Shown: positions 37,871 through 50,790 of the stretch, in pieces | How the letters are laid out: each line of letters begins with the position of its first letter | Position numbering within the stretch: the first letter of the stretch is position 1 | Notes under the pieces: generated by a model | Seen by the model: only the letters and a program-made list of their open reading frames with translations | Told to the model about the DNA's origin: nothing | Databases searched by the model: none | Made by a program: the position numbers and the translations under genes | Origin: Octopus sinensis | Lineage: Eukaryota | NCBI RefSeq assembly: GCF_006345805.1 | Contig: NC_043005.1 | Location: 92,566,001 to 92,630,000 of the forward strand | Direction of reading: 5' to 3' | Length of the DNA stretch: 64,000 bases

Positions 37871-39336
37871 TTTCCTTTATTAGAAGTTGTACAAAACAGA
37901 CCAAATGATTTTAGGGGTGTCAACCCTACTTATTGATTAAAATGTATACCATAAAAAGAAAGAATTAAAGTTAGTAGTGAATCTTGACCAAGCAGACCTA
38001 TGATCAAAAATAGTCAAGCCTCTTTTCGGGCATGACATATTCAATTTGTATATTTTTAAAGAAGGTATAATGTGAATTAAGGAAGTAATTTGGCTCTAAG
38101 GATAGCTGCCTTGAAGAGGAATGGTGGTCCAATAAAAACACAAAAAGTTGGAGTCATTAGAGCATCAGACAAAATATCTTGCAGTATTTTGTCCTGTCTC
38201 TGCACTTTGAGTTCAAATCCAGCCTTTTATCCTTTAGGGGTCGATAAATAAATAAAAAATGCACGATTCAAGAGTTGTGGACTGGAAGAACTGGAAGAAT
38301 ATTAGATCTGAGGTCTTGTGGTATTTATTATAGTCCTTTGCATTCTGAGTTCAAATCCTGCCATGGCCTACTTGGGTGGTAGACTTAATCTAACACTCAG
38401 TTTAATTCCATCACTTTGGATGCCTTTAGCAGAGTCCATTCTACTGCAAGCATTTGGACCAGATCTTCAGTTTGAGGATACTTTTCTTCCTTGCTCCCAC
38501 TTGTCACAGAGTCCCTGCAATGGGGTTATGGACACTGCATTTCCTCCTGTCTATAAGATTTTTAAAAAATCCTTTGTTGGTTTCTGTAGGTTTCATACAA
38601 TTCTAGCAGGCAGCTGGGCTGGGGCTGTTTATGCGACACTGGTGTAGGATACAGCTGTGAACTGACTTTATTTTCCAGGTCTTCACTTTCACAGCCTATC
38701 TCCAGAGGTCTCAGTCTTTTGTCATTGCCTCTGTGAGGCCCAACATTCAAAGGTCATATATATAAAGGAACAAACAATTAATAGCAAGGTAATATATATA
38801 ATTATATCTGGCACATTAAACATCTTATTAGGGAAACTCACAATTTATCAATAAAACAAAATATAAATATGATAAAGTTTTAAAAGTCTTGTTAGTGAAT
38901 TTAATAAAAAGAAAGTCTAAATCAACTCATTACAGCACAATAAACATTAAAAAACTATCTGACTTCTAAAATGTTCATATTCTATGATTCATATATTCAT
39001 ATATGTCATCATTTAACGTCCATCTTCCATGTCGGCATGGGTTGGATGGTTTGACAGGAACTAGCCAAGTAGAAGGTTACACCAGGCTACTGTGTGTGTT
39101 TTGGCATATATATATATATATACAACTTATAAACAAGGGCAAAAGAAAAATTATTTCCATGCCAATATGCTTATAAGCAGACTTTAAGCCTGTTTATCAG
39201 CATATTGGAATGGAAATATTTTTTCTTTTGCCCTTGTTTATAAGTTGTTTATAATTTTAACCTTTAAAGGTATTTTAATATGCTGACATTTTTTGATGAA
39301 ATTTTTTTCTGAAAAATATTTCATCCTATATTAATA

Positions 39337-39400
<64 letters not shown>

Positions 39401-40574
39401 TATAGAATGATGGTGATAATATCACTGCATCAAGGATCAAGGAGGCTATTTGATATCCTCCATATCCTGGTAATTACAGTGTGCTTTCTTGTATTGTTTT
39501 AGCTTTCAAATGATACCATGCTGATGGCCGGGTGAGCAGGCCAATATACATACGAACATGCATACAACATACAATATATTTATATATATAAGGCAATGTT
39601 ATTTTTTTTCTTTCTTAACTCACCCTGCTTTTTTCCTTTCCTTTGGTTTTAAGTTTGAGGGAAAGCAATGCAAGTAACTGACAAAACACACTGGAAACCC
39701 TTTAGAGGAGATAAAATTGGGAAAGAAAAAGAAAAAGCAGCTGCCTTGAAGAAGTGTCTGTCAACAATGTGCATAGACACAGTGGAAAAGAGTGAGGATG
39801 GTTGTAGTAAGAGTTAGAGCAGGAGGTGGAGGAAAGATTAAACAAAAAGGAAGAGAAATTCTGTTTACTTGCACTGAGCTGATTTGGATAGGGAAAAGAA
39901 TAATCTAGAAAGAAAAGAAAAAAAGTGGTAATGTCATTGGATGGATTGGTACAAACAAATAGCAAAATCCATGAAAAAGTGTTAAAAAATATTTTTTTAA
40001 ATAAAAAAAAAATGGGGTGTGGGTGGGGTTTGGAAATAAATTTAGAGTAATAGAAAGTGGAATAAAATAAAATACCAGAGAATAAAGACGAATAAATGAA
40101 GAATAAAAAAAGAAAGGACTCATGATAAAAACAGTAAATAATACCATTTAGGCTTTATGAATGTGTGTGTGTGTGTGTGTGTTTATATAGGTATATATAT
40201 ATTAATATATGTGTGTATATATATGTATATTTGTTTACATATGTGTGTGTTGTATGTGTATTTGACCATATATATATCACAAACACACATATATCCTTTC
40301 TTTTTTTTTAATACAGTTTAAAGTGATTTGAGTTGTAATTTCTAGCAACATGATGACCACATATGAGGCTTTCCGGACTGTAGGGAAGCCACATATGTGG
40401 TCATCATATTGCTAGAAATTACAGCCAAATCTCACTCAAATCACTTCAACTGTATTAAAAAACAAAAGAATGCACACCTTGGCAATCAAGACACACAGAC
40501 AATTTGGAAGCTCACTATGCAACAAAGTATTTTGATAAACTGGTCAAAAGTACTATGGGAACTTATGAAATGCC

Positions 40575-41390
40575 CTAAACTGCTAATGGATTAATTCGTA
40601 TGTGCAGAGCGTACATTTTTTGCTGGTACAAGAGATTCAAGGACAATTGAGAGGAGGTGAGAGATGAGAGACAATAAGTGCACAGATTGGAGATGGTGTG
40701 ACAACTGTACACAGAATTATTCATGAAGATCTGAACATGAGCAAAGTTTGTTCTCAGGGTGTTCAGTGATGAGCAGAAGGAAAGATACATTAGTGACAAC
40801 AAAGAGATGGTTTATTTCAATACCTCCAATCCAAGAGTACTTGAGTCTCTGGTGATCAGTGATGAGAACTGAACCTACTGTTATGCTAAGACCAAGTGCC
40901 CAATGGAATCATCCTGACTCCCCCAGACTGAAGAAGGCCAAACAAAGCAAGTGCACTGGCAAGCACATGATAATCCCCTTTTTTGACAAGGGCATCATCT
41001 ACATCTACTGGGTTCCCTCTGGACACACTGTCAACAAAGAGTACTTTGTGGAGATTTTGAGGGAGTTCAGGAACAGATTTTGTTGCAAAAGGCCAGAGCT
41101 CTTCCACTTCAGTTGGTGGCACCTACACCAGGTCAATGCACCAGTCCACAATTTCATCCTGCTAACCAATGACTTGACAGAAATGAGCACCAGATCTTAC
41201 TTCCTGTAACTTTTCGTTATTCCCCAAGCTGAAGCAGAACCTCAGGAGTAATTGTTTTTCTGGACATTGAGATGATGAAGGAAACTTTGACAAGGTTTCC
41301 GGACACCTTCAACTTGGATGACTTCTATGGAGCCTTCATAAACTCTAGTCTTCCACTTTGAAGAAGACTAGAGTTTTGTACTTCTTTGTT
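40575..41390 (+). mobile_element. Decayed mariner transposase
   Basis: SDENW (GDETW-like), IPFFDKGIIYIYWVP..TVNKEYF, WHLHQVNAPVH (HQDNAP-like), and a terminal YFEED*. Confidence 0.8.
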
Positions 41391-41575
41391 CTGGAATGCA
41401 CAACATGTCACCTGGCACAGAAATTGAATCCATAATTATGAGCAGAAGCCAAACACCTTAACCATTAGGCTATATGCCTTCACCTACAATAAACATCAAC
41501 AGCTTGATGCTGTGTGGATCAAAATAAATACTAGTAATATATTATGTCAAATTGGGTTCTAGTTGTTTCACTGCG

Positions 41576-41650
<75 letters not shown>

Positions 41651-42604
41651 AATGGTATCATGTTGTAAGTGAAATAAAATACACATCAATCATTCTTGTT
41701 TGACTGTTATTGACAAATGGCCACAACCTTCTTCCTGGGTCATCTTAACAACAATATAGGCCTTTTGGCAAAACAGTGCATTGGGGCCCCTTTCTACACA
41801 GGTCATCAGTGAGATTTGAACTTAGAAAGCAAACACCCAAAATAGATACTACAATGCATCCCTTCTAATATTCTAACAACTTTGTTAATCCCTCATCTTT
41901 GACGGGTACTTTATTTATGCCATAAAGGATTTTAAAAATCAAGTTAGCCTTAACAGTATTTGAACTTAAGATACAAAGAGCTCGAAGGCATTCTAGATAA
42001 TATTCTAATGACTCTGCTAATTCCTCTCCTATACAAATCAAAAGCCAAAACGTTTGGAGTGATCATTCCTTGGTCACTTGACCACTAGACATAGCATCCA
42101 AATCTCCCTCAACTAACATCTTGCTGTCTTTAAAAAATAAAAATAAATGAAGGATGCATTGGAAGATGTAATTCTGGGGTATACTGTATTTAAAAAGAAG
42201 AAAACGGAGATAATATCATTGCAGCTGGTAAGCCCTTTGATCATGTGTTTGTTAGATAAGAGGTGACTTGGGTATAAACAACAAAACAGTAATAACAGGA
42301 TTAGCCCTTTACAAATGCCAGCACAAGAAAAATAGATACAAAACAGTAAAAATAAAATAGAAAGAGAAAAACAAGAATAGAATTAACTAAAAAAAATAAA
42401 AGAATTAAAAAAAAACAAGGAAAACTTGTTTAGGAGCCATTTTGAATGAAAGCATGTTGTGTTACCCAGCCTTCTTAGAGACGAGAAGACATAAATCTTA
42501 GCTAGAGGCAATGATTATTGCTTCTACATAACTCAACATCACAGTAAACTTTGTCTCACATCTGGCAATTACTTTTGGCATTAAAACATATTAGGCTTAT
42601 TATA

Positions 42605-42638
<34 letters not shown>

Positions 42639-42814
42639 CTAGACATTGAAAACTTACTCGTAATATCTAATTACATTTTGTTATTTATTAATTGCATTAT
42701 TACTGAAATTATTTATTCCTGTGTGTTACTGAACTGAATATATATTATTATTCATACACATTAACATACATACATACACACACAGTTTCATACATATTTG
42801 TATATATTTATATA

Positions 42815-43994
42815 CACAGGGTGTCCCAAAAAATGTATACACACTTTGAATAATTATAAAGTCAGTATTTATTAAAGTACATTTCATTTTGACATCATCA
42901 TCATCATCATCATTTAACGTCCATCTTAGCATGGGTTGGACGATTTTGACCGAGGGCTGGCGAACTAGACTCCAATCTTGATCTGGCAGAGTTTCTACAG
43001 CTGGATGCCCTTCCCAATGCCAACCACTCCAAGAGTGTAGTGGGTGCTTTTTACGTGCCACCAGCACGGGGGCCAGTCCGGCAGTACTGGCAGTGACCTC
43101 ACTTGAATCTTTTTACACATGCCACCGGCACAGGTGCCAGTAAGGCGATGTTGGTAATGATCATGCTTGAATGGTGCTCTTTTACATGCCACCGGCACGA
43201 ACCCAGTTGGCTGCTCTGGCAACGATCACACTTGGATGGTGCTCTTGGCACCCAGCTAGCATGGGCACAAGTGCCACAGTTATTAAATTCTACTGACAGA
43301 ATTTAATTTTGTTCTGAATGTTCAAACTGATGACCATTCTGGTCCAGGCACTGCTGATAACAAGAAGCAATGGAATCACAAACATCAAGAAACATTTCGT
43401 TTGGTATTTGTGTGCACTCTTGCTCAGTGGCTGCCCTCAATTTGTCAACTGTTGCCAATTTTGTGCCATAAACTTTTAAGTAACCCCATGATAGTCCTCC
43501 AAAATATATTTTCAGGTCACCAGTGTTTGTTGGAAAGTGTACATCTACAGATTTTGTCAAGTACCACTCACAAAACTCCGTTCTCAATGTCAATTGGAGC
43601 ATGGACTATTCTTGAAATGTAACATTTCCAATGACAATGCATCAAAATGTGATGAACTTTATTTTGAAATTCCTAGCTCATTTTTAATTCCCATGTGATT
43701 TACATGGCACACAGATTTTCTTGAACTCTGGCAATATGCTTTTAGTACCCTTGCTTGCATTGTGGGGCTCAATATCTGCAGTCTTCTGGAACATTTCTTA
43801 TGGATTCTCTGAATAGTTCCATCTGATTCAAACTTATCTCTAATTCATGTGATGGTAAGTCACATAGGGGAATCTGCTTGAAACTCTGCTAAATTGTCTT
43901 TGAACTTTGACTGCATTTTCAAGCTTTCACAAGAACTTTAAGATAAGTTATTTATCATGTTAAAGTGTGTCACACATTTTTTGGACACTCTACA
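42815..43994 (-). mobile_element. Internally deleted Tc1-like element with TIRs, carrying an RTE 3' insertion (42893-43270)
   Basis: TIRs cacagggtgtcccaaaaaatgtatacacacttt / aaagtgtgtcacacattttttggacactctaca flanked by TA. Peptide WGYLKVYGTK..TVDKLRAA...CLDQNGHQFEH. Confidence 0.75.
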
Positions 43995-46302
43995 TACTTG
44001 TGTACAGATTGGGTTCTGATATACTAATTGTCTGGCAAAAGAATAAGGCTTTCATCTATAGATAAGGATGAGGGTCAACTTATACACAAGGCATATTAAA
44101 TTGATTTCTTGAGGAAAAATCAAGGAAAATAAGAAATATATATATAAATAAAATGAAGAACACAATGAAAAACATTATTTTGAAAAATCATTGTTTTATT
44201 TAAATTGGTTTTGCTATCATTTATGCAACAAAACAAAATTATTAAAAAACATCAAAATAAGCAAGATGGTTACAAAAGAAAAAAACTTCCATTATGATAA
44301 TTTTCAATAAGTCTGAAACAGATACATTGTTTCATATATTTTTGACTAGGTACAAAGCCTCTGTAATTTTTGAAGATGGGGTAGAGAGATACAGGACACC
44401 GCATAGTTCCTTACTTTTCTTAAGAATGTCTGTAAGGTAAATGTCATGAAAAGAGCTTCATCTGACACTTAAATTCATTTTTTGTTGCAAAGGTTCGGAT
44501 AATTGAAATAAAATTGTGCATTATTGGCAGAGAGTGCTGAGTAGAAAAACTAGCTGAAATGTCAGCATTGTGTGAATGATTTTTGGAACTCCACAATATC
44601 CATGACCAAAACAGTTAACCCTGAAATAGGTAATCAAGGGCAAGATCAGCCTGTTATGCTGCACAGCAGCAGCAGTGCTGTTGATTTGACAAGTGAGTCA
44701 TTAACTGAGTTTAATTCCTCCCATTTAATAAATTCAGGTTTCACTTGAAACTGAGACATGGTGTTACACACCATTATTTTTTATTGATTAATCATTAATG
44801 GGAGGACAGTACCATTGATTTTTAAGGACTTCTGAGATTGGTAGAAAGGTAGGAAAGAAGTCATCCTCAAACTGGAGACCTGACCTGAATACTTGAATAT
44901 TTGGAACTCTGTTAAAGGCACTCAAAGACTAGGTCATTGTACTAAACAAGACTGTGGAGCTTGCCTGTCATCCAAGAACTCAGAATGCAAAGAGCTGGAA
45001 CAAATACCACAAAACATATCACTCAATGCTCTCACATTTCCACCAACCCACTACTTTGGACTGGTATTTTTATGTTATTCATTCTGCTGAAGGTATGAAG
45101 TGAAATTTGAAGTCAGGGCACACTAAGCCAGAATGAATATTACAAATCATTTTGTTCTATTACTCTGACAGCCAGTTCATGAACTGTGTCTTTATAAACA
45201 AAAGTACAGGCACTTGAAATTGGTTCTCAGAAGCTAAAGGGTGACTAAAAAACAAAACATGATAGTCTGTATTCGTCAATCTTGGTTGTCAAGTAGTCAA
45301 GAGAAGGACCAATTTTATGAAACTCCAGAAAAAGGCATTCATTTGTCATAAAATCTTTATTTTTATAATCTATAACACAACCAGAAGTTAGATTTGACTT
45401 GACATTTTCAGACATATTACAGGCAATCATTTTATTGGCTCCACTGAAGGATTTGAACTCAGAACATAGAGGAGAGAAACTTGTACATTGTAAAACTTTT
45501 TAAGTCAGAGACAAATATTTGTCATTTTCTGCTCCTTTTTAGGATAAAAATAGAGAGGCATTAATCATAAAAAAATTTCTGCAGAACCAGATGCAGCAGG
45601 AAAATATGGAGGGATTTTAGATTTGAAGATGAGTTAAGTGAATAAAGAGGGGAGAATCATGGGAGGCAAGGTGAGAGGAGGAAAAAGGAACATAAGAGAG
45701 TCAATGCTTTTAGGATGTTGGTACAATCAGATGTGGAGTACAAATAGTTGGAGTGATAGGGTAACTGAAAAGCCAGCCAATTCAGCCATTCATATTCTGC
45801 AAATGATACTGTCTTGTATTAGTGGTCAAAACATTCAACTCCTCCCAAATGGCTTAATTTATCACCAAACTGTAAACAGGCACCATGGGCTGACAGCAAC
45901 TCTCTTACTTCAAGGCAACAGTGGCTATAAAACTGGTGAATAACCCCATATTGTGGTTTAGTCATTGTTGTTTATAGAACCCTCTCCATCCTGATCAAAG
46001 GTATTCCAGTTGAGATCATCTGTCTTTTTAGGTGATATCTAGGACTGCTTTGCTATTTACTGTGCCCTCTCCTTATTTAATACAATACAAATAATATTTG
46101 AAGATTTGGTCACTGCCACTTAGGAAGCCCTCATTGGCTCACTTCCTTGTGGTATAGCTCAGAGACAGATGATGAGGAAGAGCTTGACCAAGTTTATTTA
46201 CCCTAGATATTCTACATGAAATTAAGTCTTTAGTGGTGCCCATGTAATCCAACAATTTGTGAGTCACATCATCATCATACTTATTAAACTCAACCAAATT
46301 AA

Positions 46303-47370
46303 CCCTTTCGTTACTATATTTCTGACCAAAATACACCCCTCATGAGTTTCAATTAAATTCTAAAATAATCATGAATTTAGGCTTGTTTCATTAAATAACT
46401 AACTTTTTTTACTTATCAACATATTGTGATATTTGGAGCATAATTAAAGAAAGGGTTCTTAATCAATTCTATTGCATAACTTTTGTCTCGAAGTGACTTT
46501 AATTACAAGTAAATCCACGTAAATTGAGCAAAAGGTAAAGATATTAAAATTTTGTTTAAACATCACCATAGAAAATGAATCATCAGCTAATATTCAAATG
46601 GGTATGCAACAAAATTTTGATAAAGAAGAATTGTGCACATCACTATATCATCAGTTGAATTTAATGCACAACAGGTGTACCATAAAGGTGGAATGAAGTG
46701 AAATACTGGAATCCACCGTAAGTTTGACCGAACTAAAGAAATCGGTCAAAAAATAATGTACGGCCCTGGTTATGGTATGGAAGTGATAAATTCCAGACCA
46801 CATTGTTCCCTAGGCCATGCTGACTAACATTATTTTCCCTGTATAAAAACTAAATCCACGCAGTACCCAGTATTTGCTTCACAAATTTTCCGAAATTTGA
46901 ACCCCCATTTTGTGTTTGTTTACGTTCTGCGTAAGTTTGTTTCCGCATTGATCGCTTCAAACAATAACTTCCAGACCACATCGTACCCTAAGCCATGCTC
47001 AATAACATTAGTTTCCCTGTATAAAAACTAAATCCACAACAGTACCCAGTATTTGTTTCACAAATTTTCCAATTCGGAATCAATGCTTGATAACATGAAA
47101 CTCCTATCCATTTTCAAAGTTGAAGAAAAATCAATGCCGAAAAAAATCTCCCAAAATTCACGGAATTAAAATTACACGTCGATCGTTGTACAAAACTGTA
47201 GATGAATTGTTTACGAAGCATAATCACGTGTTTTCACGAATGTACTAAAGAGATTTGGTCTGATATTCTCATTTAAATATGAATACGTAAATTCGGGCGG
47301 GTTTGGGTGGTTTGGTCACATTAACCAAAATTTTTGGGGGGCGGCTTTGGGCAGTTTGGTAACGAAAGGG
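46303..47370. mobile_element. Non-autonomous piggyBac-like element
   Basis: TTAA at 46299-46302 and 47371-47374; perfect 12-bp TIR CCCTTTCGTTAC; no long ORF. Confidence 0.8.
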
Positions 47371-48638
47371 TTAAAAGGAATAGTGTAAAGTTTCATCTGA
47401 GACTGAAGCATTTCTATAAACTTAATGTCCTAGAAACAGTTAACAACATTAGTAGAATGGATTTCTTTTGATAATGTATAAAAAAAAAAAAAAACACAGC
47501 CAAAGTGCTATTGTGTCTGGGGAGAGTCATTTTCTTTTTCTGCCTTATAATATAACACACTCACCGGTAAAATTTCTACTTATTTCTTATTTTTATTTTC
47601 CTAAAATTTTCGTTGCATCTTGCAACCTTTCCAATAGACAGCCAAAGTTTTTATATAAAAAAAGAGATATTGTCAAGAGAATCAATCTCAATGAATTACT
47701 GGTAGATTTATTTCTTTATATATCATCTCTCCTTGATTGCAACAAGAACCAATCACACCAAATTTAAAAGCATTAAGAACAGTTTAATGTAATCCTGGAA
47801 AGAGAAAAGAAAACTGGAATACTTTTGATCATAGGTCCACCAAGGATAAAGACGAGCCTGGGACTAAACAACAACAAATATAGAATTTAAAATTAGAGTT
47901 AATTACTGTTAAGTTCATTTGTAGAAGTAACAAGTACATACAACAAGTGGACAATTTTTTTCTCACAGCCATTATTTTTTTGTTTGTCTTCTTCCTTATT
48001 TTCAAAGAAAGGTAGAAAAAGTTTAATATTCAGAAGATGCAGACTAGAAGTCCATAAAAAGCATTGAAAATTACAAAATATAATTTTTTTTCCATATTTT
48101 TTCTTCTGGCAAGCAGACTGGACGGATTCAAATATAACAATACTCCCACCCTTATTGGTTGATAGTACATTAAATAGTATAACAACAGCTACAAAGGTAA
48201 AAGGAAGAACAAAAAAAAAATCAGTATACATCAACTGTAATAAATATCGAGTCAACAAGAATGATAAAGCCACACATATTTGGTAAAAACATTTAAAAAA
48301 GAAATATAAAGTTAATAATATAACTGGTTACATCATGCTGACAGCATTCAGCATCATTATATATTACTTAATCCTATAACATTCAGCTTTCTCTGAAGCA
48401 CAATGCATATTTATTGACACAGTTTTAAATTAATCATGCATTATCTTGTAGCTTTGAGATTTTCATAATGTGATTGTGTATTTTTAAAACAACATTGTAG
48501 GGTAGTTACCAGAAAATCTGAATCTGGTCAGTCTGGACATAAAACAGGTAAAACTTTTGGGCTGGACATGGCTGGTCTAAATTACAATGCAATTTCATGA
48601 GGACAGTTCTTTGAATAACTTCCCTGTAGGAGGTTTAA

Positions 48639-48846
48639 CCCTTTTATTACCATATTTCTATGAAAATTTACTGCCTTCAATTCTGTCAATTTGAAAATAA
48701 TGAAGAATTTAATAAAATAACAGTCATCTAGTGTTTGGAACATAAATTAACATAATTAATGGACGGTTTTAATTTAGATCAGTTTAAAACAGAAAATATG
48801 TAACATAGAACCAGGGGAGGTCTCAGGTTGGTTGGTATCAAAAGGG
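48639..48846. mobile_element. TTAA-flanked piggyBac-like MITE
   Basis: ttaa|cccttttattacc ... ggtatcaaaaggg|ttaa. Confidence 0.7.
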
Positions 48847-49769
48847 TTAAGATGTTTGGTGTCTTCTCATGGATACCAGAAATGAAATGTAAAACAGGAG
48901 CATGAGACAGGTGTTTTAAAGGTGTTGATCACACAATTTAAAAAAAATATATATAATAAGCATTTTCTTGATACTTTCATATAAAATTTGTACTTTTGCA
49001 TGTATGTGCACACATACACATACATCTTTTCTGTCAAAAATTAACATTGAGTTGTGGCCATTCCTTGCCAAAAAGCCAATCTTCATAAGATTGGGAAAAG
49101 TGAGGAATTTAATGATTTTACAGATATTTTGTTTCTTTTTCTATATCTGTCTGTCTATGTAAATATATACTTACTAACATGTGTTACATGAGACTTACAG
49201 AATTGAATATGGGAGACATTATTTTTCAGGAAAAATAAAAGTTCATGTCAAACCATAAATCTTGCTAAAGCACATTTTGTCTTTCATCCTACAATGGTTG
49301 ATAAAATAAAGAGTGGATACCATCAGCACTGAGTGTAGAAAGATCAACTACAGCCAAGAAGGTGGTATTAATATCAATAACTGGCAGTGTTAATCAAATA
49401 TATTTAATAATAATGTTAATGGCTGGCTTGCTGGAGGAAAGAAAGGAGACAGAAGCAAGGTAAGAAAACTTTAGCAATGGAAATCCTGTTTATAATACAG
49501 TGAACAAAAAAAAAATTGCCAGGGATTTCTAAGAGTGCATGTAAAGGCTTCCTTAGAGAGAGAACCTTAGGCAGGAATAGGCAACAGTTTTAGTTTAGTA
49601 AGTCCAGGTAAAGAGAGATTTGAAACTATGAAGTTGTATGGAGGAGGGGGAGAAAAGAATATAGGTGCAAGAATATATGGGGTCAGAGGGAAGATACAAC
49701 TTTAGCATGTTAATAATTAGCAGTATTAACTCTTAACTCCTTGTACAACACAGTACCTGCATGGGATTG

Positions 49770-50225
49770 CATCAGGCAATCATCCGAGTATGATCGTTAC
49801 CAGCGTCGCCTTACTGGCACTTATGCCTGTGCTAGTAGGGCGCCAAGAACACCATCCGAGCGTGATCGTTGTCATCGTTGCCAAAGCAGCCAACTGGCTT
49901 CCATACCCGTGGCACGTAAAAGGGCACCATTTCGAGCGTGATTGTTACCAACATCGCTTCACTGGCACCTGTGTCAGTGACACGTGTAAAAGATTCGAGC
50001 GAGGTCATTGCCAGTACCGCCTGACTGGCCCCCGTGCAGGTGGCATGTTAAAAGCACCCACTACACTCTCAGAGTGGTTCGGCGTTAGGAAGGGCATCCA
50101 GCTGTAGAAACTCTGCCAGATCAAGATTGGAGCCTGGTGCAGCCATCTGGTTGCCAGCCCTCAGTCAAAACCGTCCAACCCATGCTAGCATGGAAAACGG
50201 ACGTTAAAGGATGATGATGATGATG
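49770..50225 (+). mobile_element. RTE-related 3' UTR fragment with modular internal repeats
   Basis: Same 3' terminus and (GAT)n tail; repeated ccatccgagcgtgatcgtt modules. Confidence 0.75.
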
Positions 50226-50569
50226 AACCAGACCTGAAATGCATCTTGTTTACATTCATTTTGAGGAAGTGTGGAATTTTCTAATGAAAGTGGAGAAACC
50301 GCTAATCCCTTCTCTTGTTCATTGCTCTTTTGTAATAAAAATCATTTTAGTACTGGACTTTTGATGTAGACATATTCAACAGGATGTTAGGAGTCACTCA
50401 AACATGGTTAACGTTTAGTTGGAAAATTTCTCGAATGCTAAAAAAAGATGAAAAAAAATGATAGAGAAAGAGAGAGCATGCCATCTAAAGAGAGCAAACT
50501 GCAGAAGAATTTAGGGAGGGTGAAACAGAGAAGTGTGTGAGAAGTAAAGGTGAGTAGGATGAATGGCTT

Positions 50570-50790
50570 TAAGCCTTCAGCATTCAGATTAATCTGTCAA
50601 ATGTAATACTTATTTGTTTTGAATTATTCATGCTTTATCTTGTAGCTTTGAGATTTCCATGATGTGATTGATTATTTTTAGAATGATATTGTAGGGTAGG
50701 TGTGGGAGGCCGGATCTGGCAAATTTAAACAGTAAAACAAGTAGAATATTTGGACCCCCAGATATCATTGGTTTGAATGCTAAAGGGTTA
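50570..50790. mobile_element. TTAA-type MITE (family also at 48345-48592 in the same orientation and 52197-52405 inverted)
   Basis: Ends ttaagccttcagcatt ... aatgctaaagggtta; the internal sequence is shared among the three copies. Confidence 0.65.

Noticed and set aside
44170-44200. Minus-strand AATAAA (44195-44200) with a downstream U/GU-rich tract as a possible distal NEK7 poly(A) site
   Set aside because: AATAAA is frequent in AT-rich DNA and cannot be assigned without 3' end data.
44554-44748. Short plus-strand ORF MTKTVNPEIGNQGQDQPVMLHSSSSAVDL... in non-repetitive DNA
   Set aside because: Under 65 codons, with no convincing splice sites or homology. It may simply be UTR or intergenic sequence.
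47899-48273. 124-aa minus-strand ORF
   Set aside because: Low-complexity F/L/K composition from T/A runs with no motifs; it looks like 3' UTR sequence.
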